This document shows, one piece after another, positions 28,328 to 38,713 of a stretch of DNA of 64,000 nucleotides; the stretch's first letter is position 1; the number at the start of each line of letters is the position of its first letter. The stretch spans positions 34,385 through 98,384 of the forward strand of contig JAQGGW010000008.1 in NCBI GenBank assembly GCA_028289135.1. The letters run 5' to 3'. This DNA comes from Candidatus Saccharimonadota bacterium. GTDB lineage: Bacteria; Patescibacteriota; Saccharimonadia; Saccharimonadales; JACDBH01. Both the position numbers and the translations under genes were made by a program. Below the pieces are notes generated by a model. It had not been told where the DNA came from and searched no databases. It saw only the letters and a list, made by a program, of their open reading frames with translations.

Positions 28328-29211
28328 TAGTCGTACGATTAATGGGGGGCCATAGCAACCAGCTTTTCCAATACGCGATTGGGAAAAATTTATCTAAAAA
28401 GCTAGGCACAAATTTAATGTTAGACCTAAGCTGGTTCAAGGATTTTGCTGATGTTGATACGCCACGGTTCTATGAGATTGGTTGTTATCCACTTGAGGCA
28501 ACTGTATGTGAGGATCTTAGTCGGTTACGCATTGTAGATCCACGCCAACCCATCCGAGTTACTAACCGGCTGCTACGTAAGATGCACTTAGGAAGCGCCA
28601 TCTGGATGTACTACGAGCAGGGTCAAGGCTATAACCCAGAAGCCTTAGAACAACCCGATAACACTATGCTTATAGGTTACTGGCAGACAGAAAAGTATTT
28701 TAAAGACATCCGCAATGAACTGATTGCAGAACTTGAACCAACCTCAAAGTTATCTGACAAAAATTTAGCAATTATGAGTAAGATCAAAAACTCTGAATCT
28801 GTGTCAATCCATGTAAGGCGTGGTGACTATATCACCAATAAAAATGCCAATACTTTTCATGGTTCTCTTGGAGCTGACTACTATCAAAAAGCGCAGGAGT
28901 ATATCCAAAAAAAAATTGGTATAAAAAATATACAAGTTTTTGTATTTTCGAATGATATTCCATGGTGTAAAAAGAATCTCAAGTTTGACGTGCCGGTAAC
29001 ATTCGTGGAGGGCAACGACAAAGGGTCTGATGATATGCGCCTAATGAAAAACTGTAAGCACTTCGTAATGGCCAACAGCTCGTTTAGCTGGTGGGGTTCA
29101 TGGTTATGTACCAATCCTAATAAAATTGTAGTGGCACCAAAAGTATGGTTCAAGGATAAAACAGCTAATGATGCAATAGACATCATGCTTAATTCTTGGG
29201 TGCGATTATAG
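28324..29211 (+). CDS. GT11 alpha-1,2-fucosyltransferase
   Basis: 'GGHSNQLFQYA', 'GYWQ', 'SIHVRRGDY', 'FSND', 'ANSSFSWWG', 'APKVW'. Confidence 0.92.
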   Translation: MIVVRLMGGHSNQLFQYAIGKNLSKKLGTNLMLDLSWFKDFADVDTPRFYEIGCYPLEATVCEDLSRLRIVDPRQPIRVTNRLLRKMHLGSAIWMYYEQGQGYNPEALEQPDNTMLIGYWQTEKYFKDIRNELIAELEPTSKLSDKNLAIMSKIKNSESVSIHVRRGDYITNKNANTFHGSLGADYYQKAQEYIQKKIGIKNIQVFVFSNDIPWCKKNLKFDVPVTFVEGNDKGSDDMRLMKNCKHFVMANSSFSWWGSWLCTNPNKIVVAPKVWFKDKTANDAIDIMLNSWVRL

Positions 29212-29214
29212 CTT

Positions 29215-30138
29215 ATGGCAACGCCAGTATTATCTATCGTAATGAGTGTATTTAACGCAGAGGCGTACATTAAAAATGCTATAGATAGTATTCTTAATCA
29301 AACATTTACCAACTATGAACTAATTGTGATAAATGATGGTTCAACAGATAATACTGCCAGCATATTAAATCAATACAAAGACTCACGGATCGTAATAACG
29401 ACTCAGCATAATAAAGGTTTGGTAGCGTCGCTAAAAACTGGAATAAAAATTGCACAGGGAAAATATATTGCACGACAAGATGCGGACGATATGTCCGAAC
29501 CAACACGGCTAGAAAAACAAGTTAAGGTTCTTGAGGATACCGCCGGAGTAATTATTGTTGGTTGTTCGATAAAAGTCATGAACATGAGTGGGAAAATCAC
29601 ACATCAACATCACGTTCTGATAAATAGCCCAGAATTAAAACAAGAGCTTTTACTACGTTCGCCATTTGCTCATGGATCAGTAATGATGAGAAGGGACGCT
29701 TATTTGGAGTCTGGAGGATACCATGATGCCGATTGGCCAGCCGAAGATTATGGCTTATGGTTACGAATGTCACCGCTAGGTGATTTTAAAAATATCGACG
29801 AGCCACTTTACATCTACAGAGAGAACAAAAAAGGAATTTCTTCCACTAACTCAGGTCTTCAAACTCAAAAAGTAATAAAGATCCAGGATGAAGCATGGGA
29901 ACAAAAGACAAGACTTTTGAGAAGCGGACGAATAAACTTAACCTACTATTTAGATCTAGAGAATAGTCATGAAAGAATTGAACGCATTATCCGTACAAAT
30001 GCTTGGATTAGTCGTAAATCTATAGCTTGCCTGGATGCAGTAACAGCGATTCGGGCTGCTGGTACTATCTACAGCAATAAGGTTACGTACACAAAATTAG
30101 CTGGTAAACTTAAGCGTAGGATTAAGAAACATATATGA
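29215..30138 (+). CDS. GT2 glycosyltransferase
   Basis: 'SIVMSVFN', 'NDGSTD', 'QDADD', 'AEDY'. Confidence 0.88.
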   Translation: MATPVLSIVMSVFNAEAYIKNAIDSILNQTFTNYELIVINDGSTDNTASILNQYKDSRIVITTQHNKGLVASLKTGIKIAQGKYIARQDADDMSEPTRLEKQVKVLEDTAGVIIVGCSIKVMNMSGKITHQHHVLINSPELKQELLLRSPFAHGSVMMRRDAYLESGGYHDADWPAEDYGLWLRMSPLGDFKNIDEPLYIYRENKKGISSTNSGLQTQKVIKIQDEAWEQKTRLLRSGRINLTYYLDLENSHERIERIIRTNAWISRKSIACLDAVTAIRAAGTIYSNKVTYTKLAGKLKRRIKKHI

Positions 30139-31034
30139 TTACCCCTGACATCTGCATCGCAATACCTACTTACAACCGGGAAGAAGTTTTAATTGACACC
30201 ATACACGGAGTGTTGATGCAAACATATAAAAATCTCGAATTATTAGTTGTTGATCAAACTTTAGAACATAAATACGAAACTAAAGATGCACTTGAAAAGA
30301 TTAAAGACCCACGATTCCGTTATATAAAGGCAGGACCGCCTTCACTTCCGGCAGCTCGAAATTTTTCCCTGCGCGCTTCAAAAGCACCTATAGTATTATT
30401 TTTGGATGATGATGTCGTATTGCAACCAGACATGGTAGCCTGGCATTTAAAAACATTCGAAGATTTTCCAGATGTAAGTGCGGTTGGCGGTCGGGTACTA
30501 CAAAAAGATTTTCCAATCAAAAAGGATGTTTTAAAGTTTGACGATTTTGCCGTATCTCATGGAGTATTTACCGCCACAAAAGCAAGCTACACTAATGCGT
30601 TCCCTGGGGGTAACCACTCAATCATTGTTAAAGACGCACTTAAGGCTGGGGGGTACGACACTCGTTTTTATGGTAATGCATTCCGCGAAGAAAGTGATAT
30701 GTCTCTCAGGTTAATAAATAGTGGTAAAAAAATATATTATGAACCTCGTGCCGAATTACTGCACTTGGCAGCGCACTACGGCGGTGTTGAATCACGCGTA
30801 AAAGGTCATATTTACGACAACAGGCTTTTTTACCGAAATGAACTATTTTTTACAATCCGCAATGTAAAAAAATCTCACACTATTCGCGCATTACACCGAA
30901 AATACAGCGAGTATTGCAAAGTGCCTGGTAAAAAGATTCGATTACGCCGTAGTGTATATTTTTTTGAAGGATTAATTGCAGCTGTATGGCGTCAAGTTTT
31001 TGGAGTACAGATAATTACGAAAGAGATAAAATAA
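30135..31034 (+). CDS. GT2 glycosyltransferase
   Basis: 'IPTYNR', 'AARN', 'FLDDD', 'EESD'. Confidence 0.88.
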   Translation: MITPDICIAIPTYNREEVLIDTIHGVLMQTYKNLELLVVDQTLEHKYETKDALEKIKDPRFRYIKAGPPSLPAARNFSLRASKAPIVLFLDDDVVLQPDMVAWHLKTFEDFPDVSAVGGRVLQKDFPIKKDVLKFDDFAVSHGVFTATKASYTNAFPGGNHSIIVKDALKAGGYDTRFYGNAFREESDMSLRLINSGKKIYYEPRAELLHLAAHYGGVESRVKGHIYDNRLFYRNELFFTIRNVKKSHTIRALHRKYSEYCKVPGKKIRLRRSVYFFEGLIAAVWRQVFGVQIITKEIK

Positions 31035-32240
31035 ATGCGTATCGGAGTTGATTTACGATCACTTGAAGGCGGAGCCCAGCACCGAGGTATTGGGCGTTAT
31101 GCGAGCGAGCTATTGTACTCACTAAGTGAAATAGATCAGGTAAACGAATATGTATTTTTTACCTCTGCCCCTAAAGCAAAGACGCCAGATTTGAAGTTAC
31201 ATGGTAGATTTAAGTATTCCAACGCCGCAGGTAGGGGTGATGGATTACGTGGCGTTAAATACATAAGGATTTTATATATTACTCCGCGCCCGATCTCAAT
31301 AGATAAGTATAATCTTGATGTATTCTTCCATATCGATACATCACAACCGCTGCAAACTCGTAAGACGCCAATTGTCAGTGTTGTATATGATTTAATTCCA
31401 TATATTTATAAAGATCTTTACCAGCACGTGCATCTTGGTGGCTATACACCCGGCCACCTAATTGGTTACTCACGCATGCGGCTTAAGTGGCGCGTAATGG
31501 AAGGTTGGTTGCAACGTTATAAAAAAGATGCCCGCATAATCAGTATTTCAGAACATACTAAAAAAGATCTTCTAAACTATGTGCCAGGAATTAATGCCAA
31601 AAAGGTTATAGTGATACCTCTCGCAGCAGGTAAATTACCTCAGATAGATAAAAATTCTAAAGACGCCATGGAAAAACTTGGATTAAAACAATTCTTATTT
31701 TATGTAGGAGGGGCGGATCCAAGAAAAGGACTAGTTAACTTAGCTTCTACACTAGAGAAAGTGTGGGAAGAATTCCCAGATACCCAGATTGTGTTTGCCG
31801 GCAAGGAAATAAATAATACTGAAGTTCCGGAAGCTGTAAAATTGCATAAGACTATCGCTAATCTTAGCAAGCCTAAGCAGGTACGGTTAATCGGTTTTGT
31901 TAGCGACGGTGAACTTGCATGGTTATATAAAAATGCCGTTGCTTTTGTCTTTCCGAGCCGCTACGAAGGCTTCGGATTGCCTATCCTCGAGGCAATGCAA
32001 GCTGGTTGCCCAGTAATTACTTATGACAACTCGTCTTTGCCAGAAGTGGCTGGCAAAGGGGCTATGGTGCTTAAGGATGGGTTACCTATGAACAAAGCTA
32101 TTTGTAAACTTCTGGGTGACAGCGAATTACGTCGAAAGCTAATAGTAAACGGCAAAAAACAAGCAGCTAAATTTACGTGGCAATATACTGCCGAACAAAC
32201 ACTTCAAGTACTTGAGTCGGCTGCAAAGGAAAAATCATGA
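31035..32240 (+). CDS. GT4 glycosyltransferase (MtfB-like mannosyltransferase)
   Basis: 'RGIGRY', 'YDLIP', 'PRKG', 'FPSRYEGFGLPILEAM'. Confidence 0.9.
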   Translation: MRIGVDLRSLEGGAQHRGIGRYASELLYSLSEIDQVNEYVFFTSAPKAKTPDLKLHGRFKYSNAAGRGDGLRGVKYIRILYITPRPISIDKYNLDVFFHIDTSQPLQTRKTPIVSVVYDLIPYIYKDLYQHVHLGGYTPGHLIGYSRMRLKWRVMEGWLQRYKKDARIISISEHTKKDLLNYVPGINAKKVIVIPLAAGKLPQIDKNSKDAMEKLGLKQFLFYVGGADPRKGLVNLASTLEKVWEEFPDTQIVFAGKEINNTEVPEAVKLHKTIANLSKPKQVRLIGFVSDGELAWLYKNAVAFVFPSRYEGFGLPILEAMQAGCPVITYDNSSLPEVAGKGAMVLKDGLPMNKAICKLLGDSELRRKLIVNGKKQAAKFTWQYTAEQTLQVLESAAKEKS

Positions 32241-33439
32241 ATATAGGCATAGACATAAGACCGCTACAAGCCGAAACTAAACACCGAGGAATTGGAAAGG
32301 CATTGAGCAGAACATTGAGACCCCTTCTTAAATTTGGTAGTGCCTCAGGTGATAAGTTTACATTTTTTTATGATCCTCTTTTAGCAATGCCCGAAATTGC
32401 TACTGATGCTTACATAAAATACCTACCCGTAAGAACACCAAATATAAATAAGAAGAAATACATTCGTATACTGCTAAGACCGATGAAAAAAATAAACATA
32501 AAGAGTGGAGTAGTTGATGTATTACTACAGTTTGACTTTGGTTTGGGCATACTAAAAAATATTCCCACGGTAACTATGTTTCATGATATGATCCCCGTAC
32601 TTTTTAGACAAGCAGATGTAGACAGACAAAATGCAAAGAAAACTATCCGGCGAATAAAGGGAAAGTTAGGCGATGGACTAAACTGGCAACGCTATTTATC
32701 GGATTTAAGAAAATACAATAATGCTGCATCAATTTTGGCAATTTCCGAGAACTCTAGAAACGATTTATTGAGCTATGATAAAAAAATAGATCCATCAAAA
32801 ATTAAAGTTGCGCTTTTAGGAATAGATTCTGTACTTGATGCAAAAAAAAGAAATATAGAAAATGAAATCGTAAAAAAAATAATCAACACAAAGTATTTAT
32901 TATATGTTGGCGGCATTGATACTAGGAAAAATGTCATACAGTTGGTTAGAGAATTTCATGAGCTAAAACCGAATTATCCTAGCTTAAAACTGGTTGTCGT
33001 CGGAAAGGAGTTCGAGTTATTTAACAACCTAGAAAATCTAGGCTGGCATAAAGAAATAGACAAAATTCCCGAATATAAAAAAGACATTATTTTGCCAGGT
33101 TATGTTTCTGACTTTGATCTACAGTTATTGTACTGTCATGCCCAAGCTTTTATATTCCCTAGTTTATATGAAGGTTTTGGTATGCCACTTCTTGAAGCAA
33201 TGGCGTTAGGTTGCCCTTGTATTGCTTACAGTAATTCATCCATAACAGAAATAGCGGGTGATGCGATAGTATTAGTTGAAAGTGGTAAAAGTATGGCGCA
33301 AGAAATAAAAACTATATTAGATTCAGAAAGTATAAGACGTGACTTAATAAGAAAAGGTGTCCTGCAGTATAAGAAATTCCCGTGGGAGAACACTGCCAGG
33401 ATAATACTAGACGAAATACATAGTATAAGCAAAAAATGA
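32237..33439 (+). CDS. GT4 glycosyltransferase (MtfB-like)
   Basis: 'HRGIG', 'HDMIP', 'RKN', 'FPSLYEGFGMPLLEAM'. Confidence 0.9.
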   Translation: MNIGIDIRPLQAETKHRGIGKALSRTLRPLLKFGSASGDKFTFFYDPLLAMPEIATDAYIKYLPVRTPNINKKKYIRILLRPMKKINIKSGVVDVLLQFDFGLGILKNIPTVTMFHDMIPVLFRQADVDRQNAKKTIRRIKGKLGDGLNWQRYLSDLRKYNNAASILAISENSRNDLLSYDKKIDPSKIKVALLGIDSVLDAKKRNIENEIVKKIINTKYLLYVGGIDTRKNVIQLVREFHELKPNYPSLKLVVVGKEFELFNNLENLGWHKEIDKIPEYKKDIILPGYVSDFDLQLLYCHAQAFIFPSLYEGFGMPLLEAMALGCPCIAYSNSSITEIAGDAIVLVESGKSMAQEIKTILDSESIRRDLIRKGVLQYKKFPWENTARIILDEIHSISKK

Positions 33440-34578
33440 AAACTAAAAGTCTTAAAATTTTCTTTGATATTGACGCAGCTGCTCAGCCAAACAAGTCTGG
33501 CATAGGTTATTATTCTTTAGGTTTGCTGCAGTCTATTTCCGAGGAAGAAGATATAACAGTGTACGCTCATTATTTTAATTTTTTTGGATTATCAAATCCT
33601 AACTTACCAAAATTAAAAAACGTCATCTACAAAGAAAGTAGGTTTATTCACCGAAAAGTATATAATTTTTTTAGACGCTTTGGAATACAAATTCCTTATG
33701 AAATACTTTCAAAAGTTAAGTCTGATTTTGCTATTTTCCCAAACTTTACTCATCGCCCAAGTATATTTAATACACCCTTCGCTTTAGCAGTGCATGATCT
33801 TACTTACATAAATTACGCATCTACAGTAAGCCCCAGAAACCAGAAAGATTTATCAAAATTCGTTCCAAAGTCAATTGCCAAAGCAAAGTTTATCATATGC
33901 ATTTCCGAAACAATAAAAAAAGAATTAACTGAATATTATCAAGTACTGCCTCATAAAGTAATAGTTACATTAATTCCGCCGCCAGCTTATAAACCAAATG
34001 TTAATTTTAGTATTTCACAGGCTTTGAAGGAAATGAATATACAGAAAAAATTTATTTTATTTATTGGAAACTCTGAACCCAGAAAGAATATATATAACTT
34101 AGTGAAAGGGTATAACCTGCTAGATAAAAAACTACGCGATACATACTTACTTGTTATCTCTGGCGCAAAGGGATGGGGTAGTGGTCAAGAACATAACTTT
34201 AATATTAATAATGAAATTATTAATACCGGTTACGTTACCGAAGAAGAAAAATATGCCTTATTTTCCAGTACAACTTTGTTGGTAATGCCTTCATTATATG
34301 AAGGCTATGGTATGCCTATCATTGAGGCAATGCAGCATAATAAGCCCGTCGCAGTTAGTGATATTGAAGTCTTTCATGAAGTAACTAATGACGCGGCATT
34401 TTTCTTTGATCAAACTAATCCAATTTCGATTGCCCAATCACTTACAGAAAGTTTGACTAACAAACAAAAGCGCGCATCTTTTCTGGATCAGAATAGTAAA
34501 CTACTCAAAGAACTAACATGGAGTAATACTGCCAAGATTGTAACTAACAGGATAAAAGAAACCTTAGGCATTAATTAA
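33436..34578 (+). CDS. GT4 glycosyltransferase (MtfB-like)
   Basis: 'SGIGYY', 'VHDL', 'EPRKN', 'PSLYEGYGMPIIEAM'. Confidence 0.9.
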   Translation: MKTKSLKIFFDIDAAAQPNKSGIGYYSLGLLQSISEEEDITVYAHYFNFFGLSNPNLPKLKNVIYKESRFIHRKVYNFFRRFGIQIPYEILSKVKSDFAIFPNFTHRPSIFNTPFALAVHDLTYINYASTVSPRNQKDLSKFVPKSIAKAKFIICISETIKKELTEYYQVLPHKVIVTLIPPPAYKPNVNFSISQALKEMNIQKKFILFIGNSEPRKNIYNLVKGYNLLDKKLRDTYLLVISGAKGWGSGQEHNFNINNEIINTGYVTEEEKYALFSSTTLLVMPSLYEGYGMPIIEAMQHNKPVAVSDIEVFHEVTNDAAFFFDQTNPISIAQSLTESLTNKQKRASFLDQNSKLLKELTWSNTAKIVTNRIKETLGIN

Positions 34579-34589
34579 TCCTGCATGGT

Positions 34590-35942
34590 CTATTCGAGAT
34601 AGTCACCGGTAGACCAGTCAGCAATTTTGCTCATATACTGCGCAAAATCTGCATGGTCTTTTGAGTTTCGATATTTCTCAAAACTATCAACACTATCAAA
34701 TACTGTATTTTGAATAAAAATTCTGCCTTTACGAAAATCCATACTTTTACTTACATTCCATAGCCTAGCGCCATTAGTTTTTTTACCAATTTTTTTTAGT
34801 CTCCCTATTGCTTCATCCATTTCTTCATCACTTGCACTAGTCTTCATAGAGAAGAAAACAATATGTCTTAGCGGACCTTCATCGGTAATGTCGGTGTAGA
34901 GAGAGCCAGATTCTTCGGCAAGATCATGATCAACCATTAGCTTAACCAAATTAGGGAAGTTTACCTTACGCTTCCAGCCTAAAACCTTCTCGGCTTTTGA
35001 CGGATCTCCCGTCAAAACGTCAACTTCTGCTGGACGATAAAATTCGGGGTTAATTTTAATTAGAGTTGTTCCGGTTTTAGTATCAACTCCTACTTCTTTT
35101 TCGCCTTTACCATGCCATTTAATATCAATACCAATATTTGCAAAAGCTAGCTCACAAAATTCTCTTATTGAATGTGTCTCACCAGTCGCCAAAACAAAAT
35201 CATCCGGTTTATTGTGCTGCAGGATTCGCCACATACCCTCTACATAATCGCCGGCATATCCCCAATCTCGTTTTGAGTCTACATTACCCAGTTCAATATA
35301 TTCCTGTTTACCTAATTTGATTCTAGCGACTGCTTTACTAATTTTGCGTGTTACAAATTCAGGACCGCGGCGTTCGCCTTCGTGGTTAAAGAGAATTCCG
35401 CAAGCTGCGAACATACCATAACTCTCGCGGTAATTACGGGTTATCCAATGTCCGAATAATTTTGCAACACCGTAGGGGCTACGTGGATGAAAAGGGGAAT
35501 CTTCGTTATAGCCGACATCTGGTCGGTTGTAATCAAGGCCACCAAACATTTCAGAAGTCGAAGCTTGATAAAAACGAGTAGTTTTTTCAAGTCCCGATAA
35601 CCTAATAGCTTCTAGTACATTTAACACGCCCTTGCCAGTTACATCGGCCGTTAAAATTGGATCCTTGAAAGAGTAACCAACGTGGCTAATTGCAGCTAAA
35701 TTATATACTTCGTCTGGTTTTACTAATTGCATGGTTCTTACTAAAACAGCCAGGTCGAGCAAATCAGCCATAACAAATTCTACATATGGCATTTCATTTT
35801 TTAGCTTTTGGTACCGCGGATGAGAAGTTTCCATCTGACCACGAATGACGCCGTAAACTTTATACCCTTTAGAATGCAGTAAAGCTGCTAAGTGTCCTCC
35901 GTCTTGTCCTGCAATGCCGGTAATAAGTGCGCTTTTGGCCAT
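34590..35942 (-). CDS. gmd: GDP-mannose 4,6-dehydratase with C-terminal Dabb-like domain
   Basis: 'ALITGIAGQDG', 'YQASTSE', 'PRSPYGVAK', 'LFNHE', 'RDWG', 'RPAEVD'; extra ~95 aa at the C-terminus; AAGGAG before ATG 35942. Confidence 0.93.
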   Translation of the reverse strand: MAKSALITGIAGQDGGHLAALLHSKGYKVYGVIRGQMETSHPRYQKLKNEMPYVEFVMADLLDLAVLVRTMQLVKPDEVYNLAAISHVGYSFKDPILTADVTGKGVLNVLEAIRLSGLEKTTRFYQASTSEMFGGLDYNRPDVGYNEDSPFHPRSPYGVAKLFGHWITRNYRESYGMFAACGILFNHEGERRGPEFVTRKISKAVARIKLGKQEYIELGNVDSKRDWGYAGDYVEGMWRILQHNKPDDFVLATGETHSIREFCELAFANIGIDIKWHGKGEKEVGVDTKTGTTLIKINPEFYRPAEVDVLTGDPSKAEKVLGWKRKVNFPNLVKLMVDHDLAEESGSLYTDITDEGPLRHIVFFSMKTSASDEEMDEAIGRLKKIGKKTNGARLWNVSKSMDFRKGRIFIQNTVFDSVDSFEKYRNSKDHADFAQYMSKIADWSTGDYLE

Positions 35943-35995
35943 CAGATGTCTCCTTAATGTATCCACTATTCTAACAGATATCGTATAGTTATAAT

Positions 35996-37087
35996 ATGAG
36001 TAGGATAGTTATTGACGCGCGGGAGTCGGGGACAAGCACCGGCCGGTACATCGACAAGCTGATCGAGCATATGCACACGCTTAAGCCGCAGCATGAGATA
36101 GTTGTCCTCGCCAAAAAACACCGCCTTGATTTTATGAAATCTGTCGCGCCAGGTTTTCAGACCGTCGAAACGCCTTTTAAAGAGTTTTCGCTGGGCGAAC
36201 AGCTTGGTTTTAGAAAACAAATAAAGTCGCTTAAGCCCGACCTCGTCCATTTTGGCAAAGTCGAGCAGCCAATCCTGTACACGGGCAGGGCGGTCACGAC
36301 CATGCACGACCTAACCACCGTCCGTTTTCGAAATCCGACCAAAAACGCCATTGTTTTTAAGCTCAAACAGCAGGTATATAAGATTGTTAATATTATAGCC
36401 GCGCATAAAAGCAGGGTGCTCATCACCCCAACCCAATATGTAAAAAATGATGTCGTAAAGTTCGCGCACATTAAGCCCGCCAAGGTTACCGTAACGCTGG
36501 AGTCGGCCGATGCCATAACCGGCCCAGCCACTCCAGTTGAAGCGCTCAAAGGCAAGCAGTTTATCATGTACATCGGCCGGCCAATGCTGCACAAAAACCT
36601 CGGCCGCCTGATGGACGCTTTTAAGATCATGCAGGAGACAAACCCTGAGCTTTATTTGGTATTAGCCGGCAAAAAAGACCCTTTATACGACGCACACGAG
36701 AAAAATGCGAAAGAAAAGGGCATCAAAAACATTATTTTTACCGGTTTTATCTCTGATGGCGAGCTAAAATGGCTCTATCAAAACACTGCCTGCTATGTTT
36801 TCCCAAGCCTCAGCGAGGGGTTTGGGCTGCCACCTCTGGAAGCCATGATCCACGGCGCCCCTGTTGCTAGCAGTAATGCGACCTGCCTCCCAGAGGTAAA
36901 CGGCGATGCCGCGGATTACTTTGACCCACTGGATAGCAGGGGAATGGCCGAAGTAGTACTGAACATTATTAACAACAACGCGCATGCAGAAGAATTAAAA
37001 CAACGCGGCAAAGTCCAGGTAGCCAAGTACTCGTGGGACCGCATGACCAAACAGACTTTAGAGGTCTATGACCGTGCCTTATCTTAA
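35996..37087 (+). CDS. GT4 glycosyltransferase (MtfB-like)
   Basis: 'TGRY', 'MHDL', 'HKNL', 'FPSLSEGFGLPPLEAM'. Confidence 0.9.
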   Translation: MSRIVIDARESGTSTGRYIDKLIEHMHTLKPQHEIVVLAKKHRLDFMKSVAPGFQTVETPFKEFSLGEQLGFRKQIKSLKPDLVHFGKVEQPILYTGRAVTTMHDLTTVRFRNPTKNAIVFKLKQQVYKIVNIIAAHKSRVLITPTQYVKNDVVKFAHIKPAKVTVTLESADAITGPATPVEALKGKQFIMYIGRPMLHKNLGRLMDAFKIMQETNPELYLVLAGKKDPLYDAHEKNAKEKGIKNIIFTGFISDGELKWLYQNTACYVFPSLSEGFGLPPLEAMIHGAPVASSNATCLPEVNGDAADYFDPLDSRGMAEVVLNIINNNAHAEELKQRGKVQVAKYSWDRMTKQTLEVYDRALS

Positions 37088-37175
37088 AGTTATCCCCAGC
37101 TGAACAAAAAGCGAACTAGAATAGGGGGCTAATATTTGTATTTTTTACGTTTTTATATATAAATATGTTTTTTTG

Positions 37176-37664
37176 TTATTCTTCTGTTTCGGCGTCAGTT
37201 TCAGAACTTTTATTTTGCGCAGGCTTCAGCACCACGTGCCTATCCCTTCCCTCTCCCACTGAGACGGTAATTAAACCCGCCTCGTCAGCCGCCTTGTGCA
37301 CCGTACGCCTGTCAGCGGCGTTCATAGGGTCCAAAGCCAGCTCCTTACCGCTGTCTCTCACCTGCTTGATCCAATCCGCCGCCTGCTCCGCTACCTGGTG
37401 CGCACGCTGTTTTTTATAATCGGCGATGTCCACGTTTACCCTGGTGTACTCGTACCCCTGGTTTTTAAGCGCATTGCTCACTATAAACTGTAAAGAACGC
37501 ATCGTATCCCCTCTTTGGCCGATCAAGAAGCCGTTCAAGTGGGTCGACGGCACGCTGAGCTCAATCATGTCGTCTTCGCTTGTGGCGTAAACATCGGTGT
37601 TAAGACCAAAAAATGACAACAAATCTTCTAAATACTTCTTTGCGTACAGAATCGCCTCTTCCAT
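37176..37664 (-). CDS. jag: Jag/EloR RNA-binding protein (KH + R3H, no Jag_N)
   Basis: KH 'LIGQRGDTMRSLQ'; R3H 'MNAADRRTVH...SVGEGRDRHVV'; position after yidC. Confidence 0.88.
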   Translation of the reverse strand: MEEAILYAKKYLEDLLSFFGLNTDVYATSEDDMIELSVPSTHLNGFLIGQRGDTMRSLQFIVSNALKNQGYEYTRVNVDIADYKKQRAHQVAEQAADWIKQVRDSGKELALDPMNAADRRTVHKAADEAGLITVSVGEGRDRHVVLKPAQNKSSETDAETEE

Positions 37665-38636
37665 CTAGCGTCTCCTTTTTTTACCTTTTGAAGACTTTTT
37701 AGCGGCTGCGGTGTTTGTTTTTGGTTTTTCAATAATTTCGCCTTCGATAATAGTGCGTGTAACAGTCGATTTCTTAGAGTTTTTTGAAGTTTTTCTAGAG
37801 ACCGGCTTAACTTCAACCGATGCTTCAAGCTCATCCTCGTCACGCCCAAGCACCTTGTTTTGCTGGATAATTGCCACAATTCCGCTCACCAGCCAGTAAA
37901 GGCTGAGGGCTGAAGCAATGTTAACGGTTAGGAAAAAGATCATAACAGGGATAAAAAAGCGGGTGCTGCGGCCAACGGCAGCGTTTACTTCGCTCTGGTC
38001 AGCCTTTTCCCCGCCCCCGGCGTTCTTTAAAATGTCACGCAATTTGCGGGCGTTTTTGTCGTTTGGCATCAGCTGCTTACTCTGGTAGTACTGGCTGATT
38101 GCGCTGCCAAGCACCAAAATCATGGCCGGCCAATAGACACCGCCGCCCTTTTCAAGCGCGCTGCGCGTTAGGTCAACGACCCCAAACAAGGTGTGGTCAA
38201 ATTTGCCGATGTTGCCCGCTAACTCCTTGAGCCAGCCCATATGCTGCACAAACGGATACGAAAAGGCCACGATGTTGTGCGGATTGGTGATAATCCGGCG
38301 GATACCAGAGTAGAGCCCAATCAGGATTGGCAGCTGCAAAATGACAATACCGAGCGAGCTAAAGGGGTTAACTCCGCGTTCTTTGTATAGCTCCATGACC
38401 ATAGCCGACTCTTTTTGCTTGTCGCCAGCGGCTTCTTTTTTAATCCGCTTCATCTCCGGCTGGAGCTCGCGCATGGCTTTGGCGTTGTGGAGCTGTTTCT
38501 TAACAAGCGGCCACATAATGAGGCGCACAGCGATGGTAAACAGAATAATCGCAAAACCAAAGTTATGGCCTGGCAGCAAGGTATAAATAAGTACAAGAAG
38601 GTTAAAAATTGGGCGTACGATAATCGTGGTAAACAT
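37665..38636 (-). CDS. yidC: Membrane protein insertase YidC (short form)
   Basis: 'FGFAIILFTIAVRL..PL', 'LQPEMK', 'MELYKE.GVNP', 'QLPI', 'ALSLYW'. Confidence 0.93.
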   Translation of the reverse strand: MFTTIIVRPIFNLLVLIYTLLPGHNFGFAIILFTIAVRLIMWPLVKKQLHNAKAMRELQPEMKRIKKEAAGDKQKESAMVMELYKERGVNPFSSLGIVILQLPILIGLYSGIRRIITNPHNIVAFSYPFVQHMGWLKELAGNIGKFDHTLFGVVDLTRSALEKGGGVYWPAMILVLGSAISQYYQSKQLMPNDKNARKLRDILKNAGGGEKADQSEVNAAVGRSTRFFIPVMIFFLTVNIASALSLYWLVSGIVAIIQQNKVLGRDEDELEASVEVKPVSRKTSKNSKKSTVTRTIIEGEIIEKPKTNTAAAKKSSKGKKRRR

Positions 38637-38689
38637 GAGCTTTTTCCGGGACCTTACCTTTTAGTTTGTGGCTTTACTATACCACACTA

Positions 38690-38713
38690 CCCCATAAAAT
38701 AGGTTTTATGGGG
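38690..38713. repeat. Perfect 10-bp inverted repeat (REP-like hairpin)
   Basis: CCCCATAAAA-TAGG-TTTTATGGGG followed by ACCCC. Confidence 0.6.

Noticed and set aside
28907..28915. A9 tract in the fucosyltransferase as a phase-variation switch (also A8/T8 tracts elsewhere)
   Set aside because: Frames are intact and such runs are expected in AT-rich, Lys-rich genes; read-level length variation would be needed
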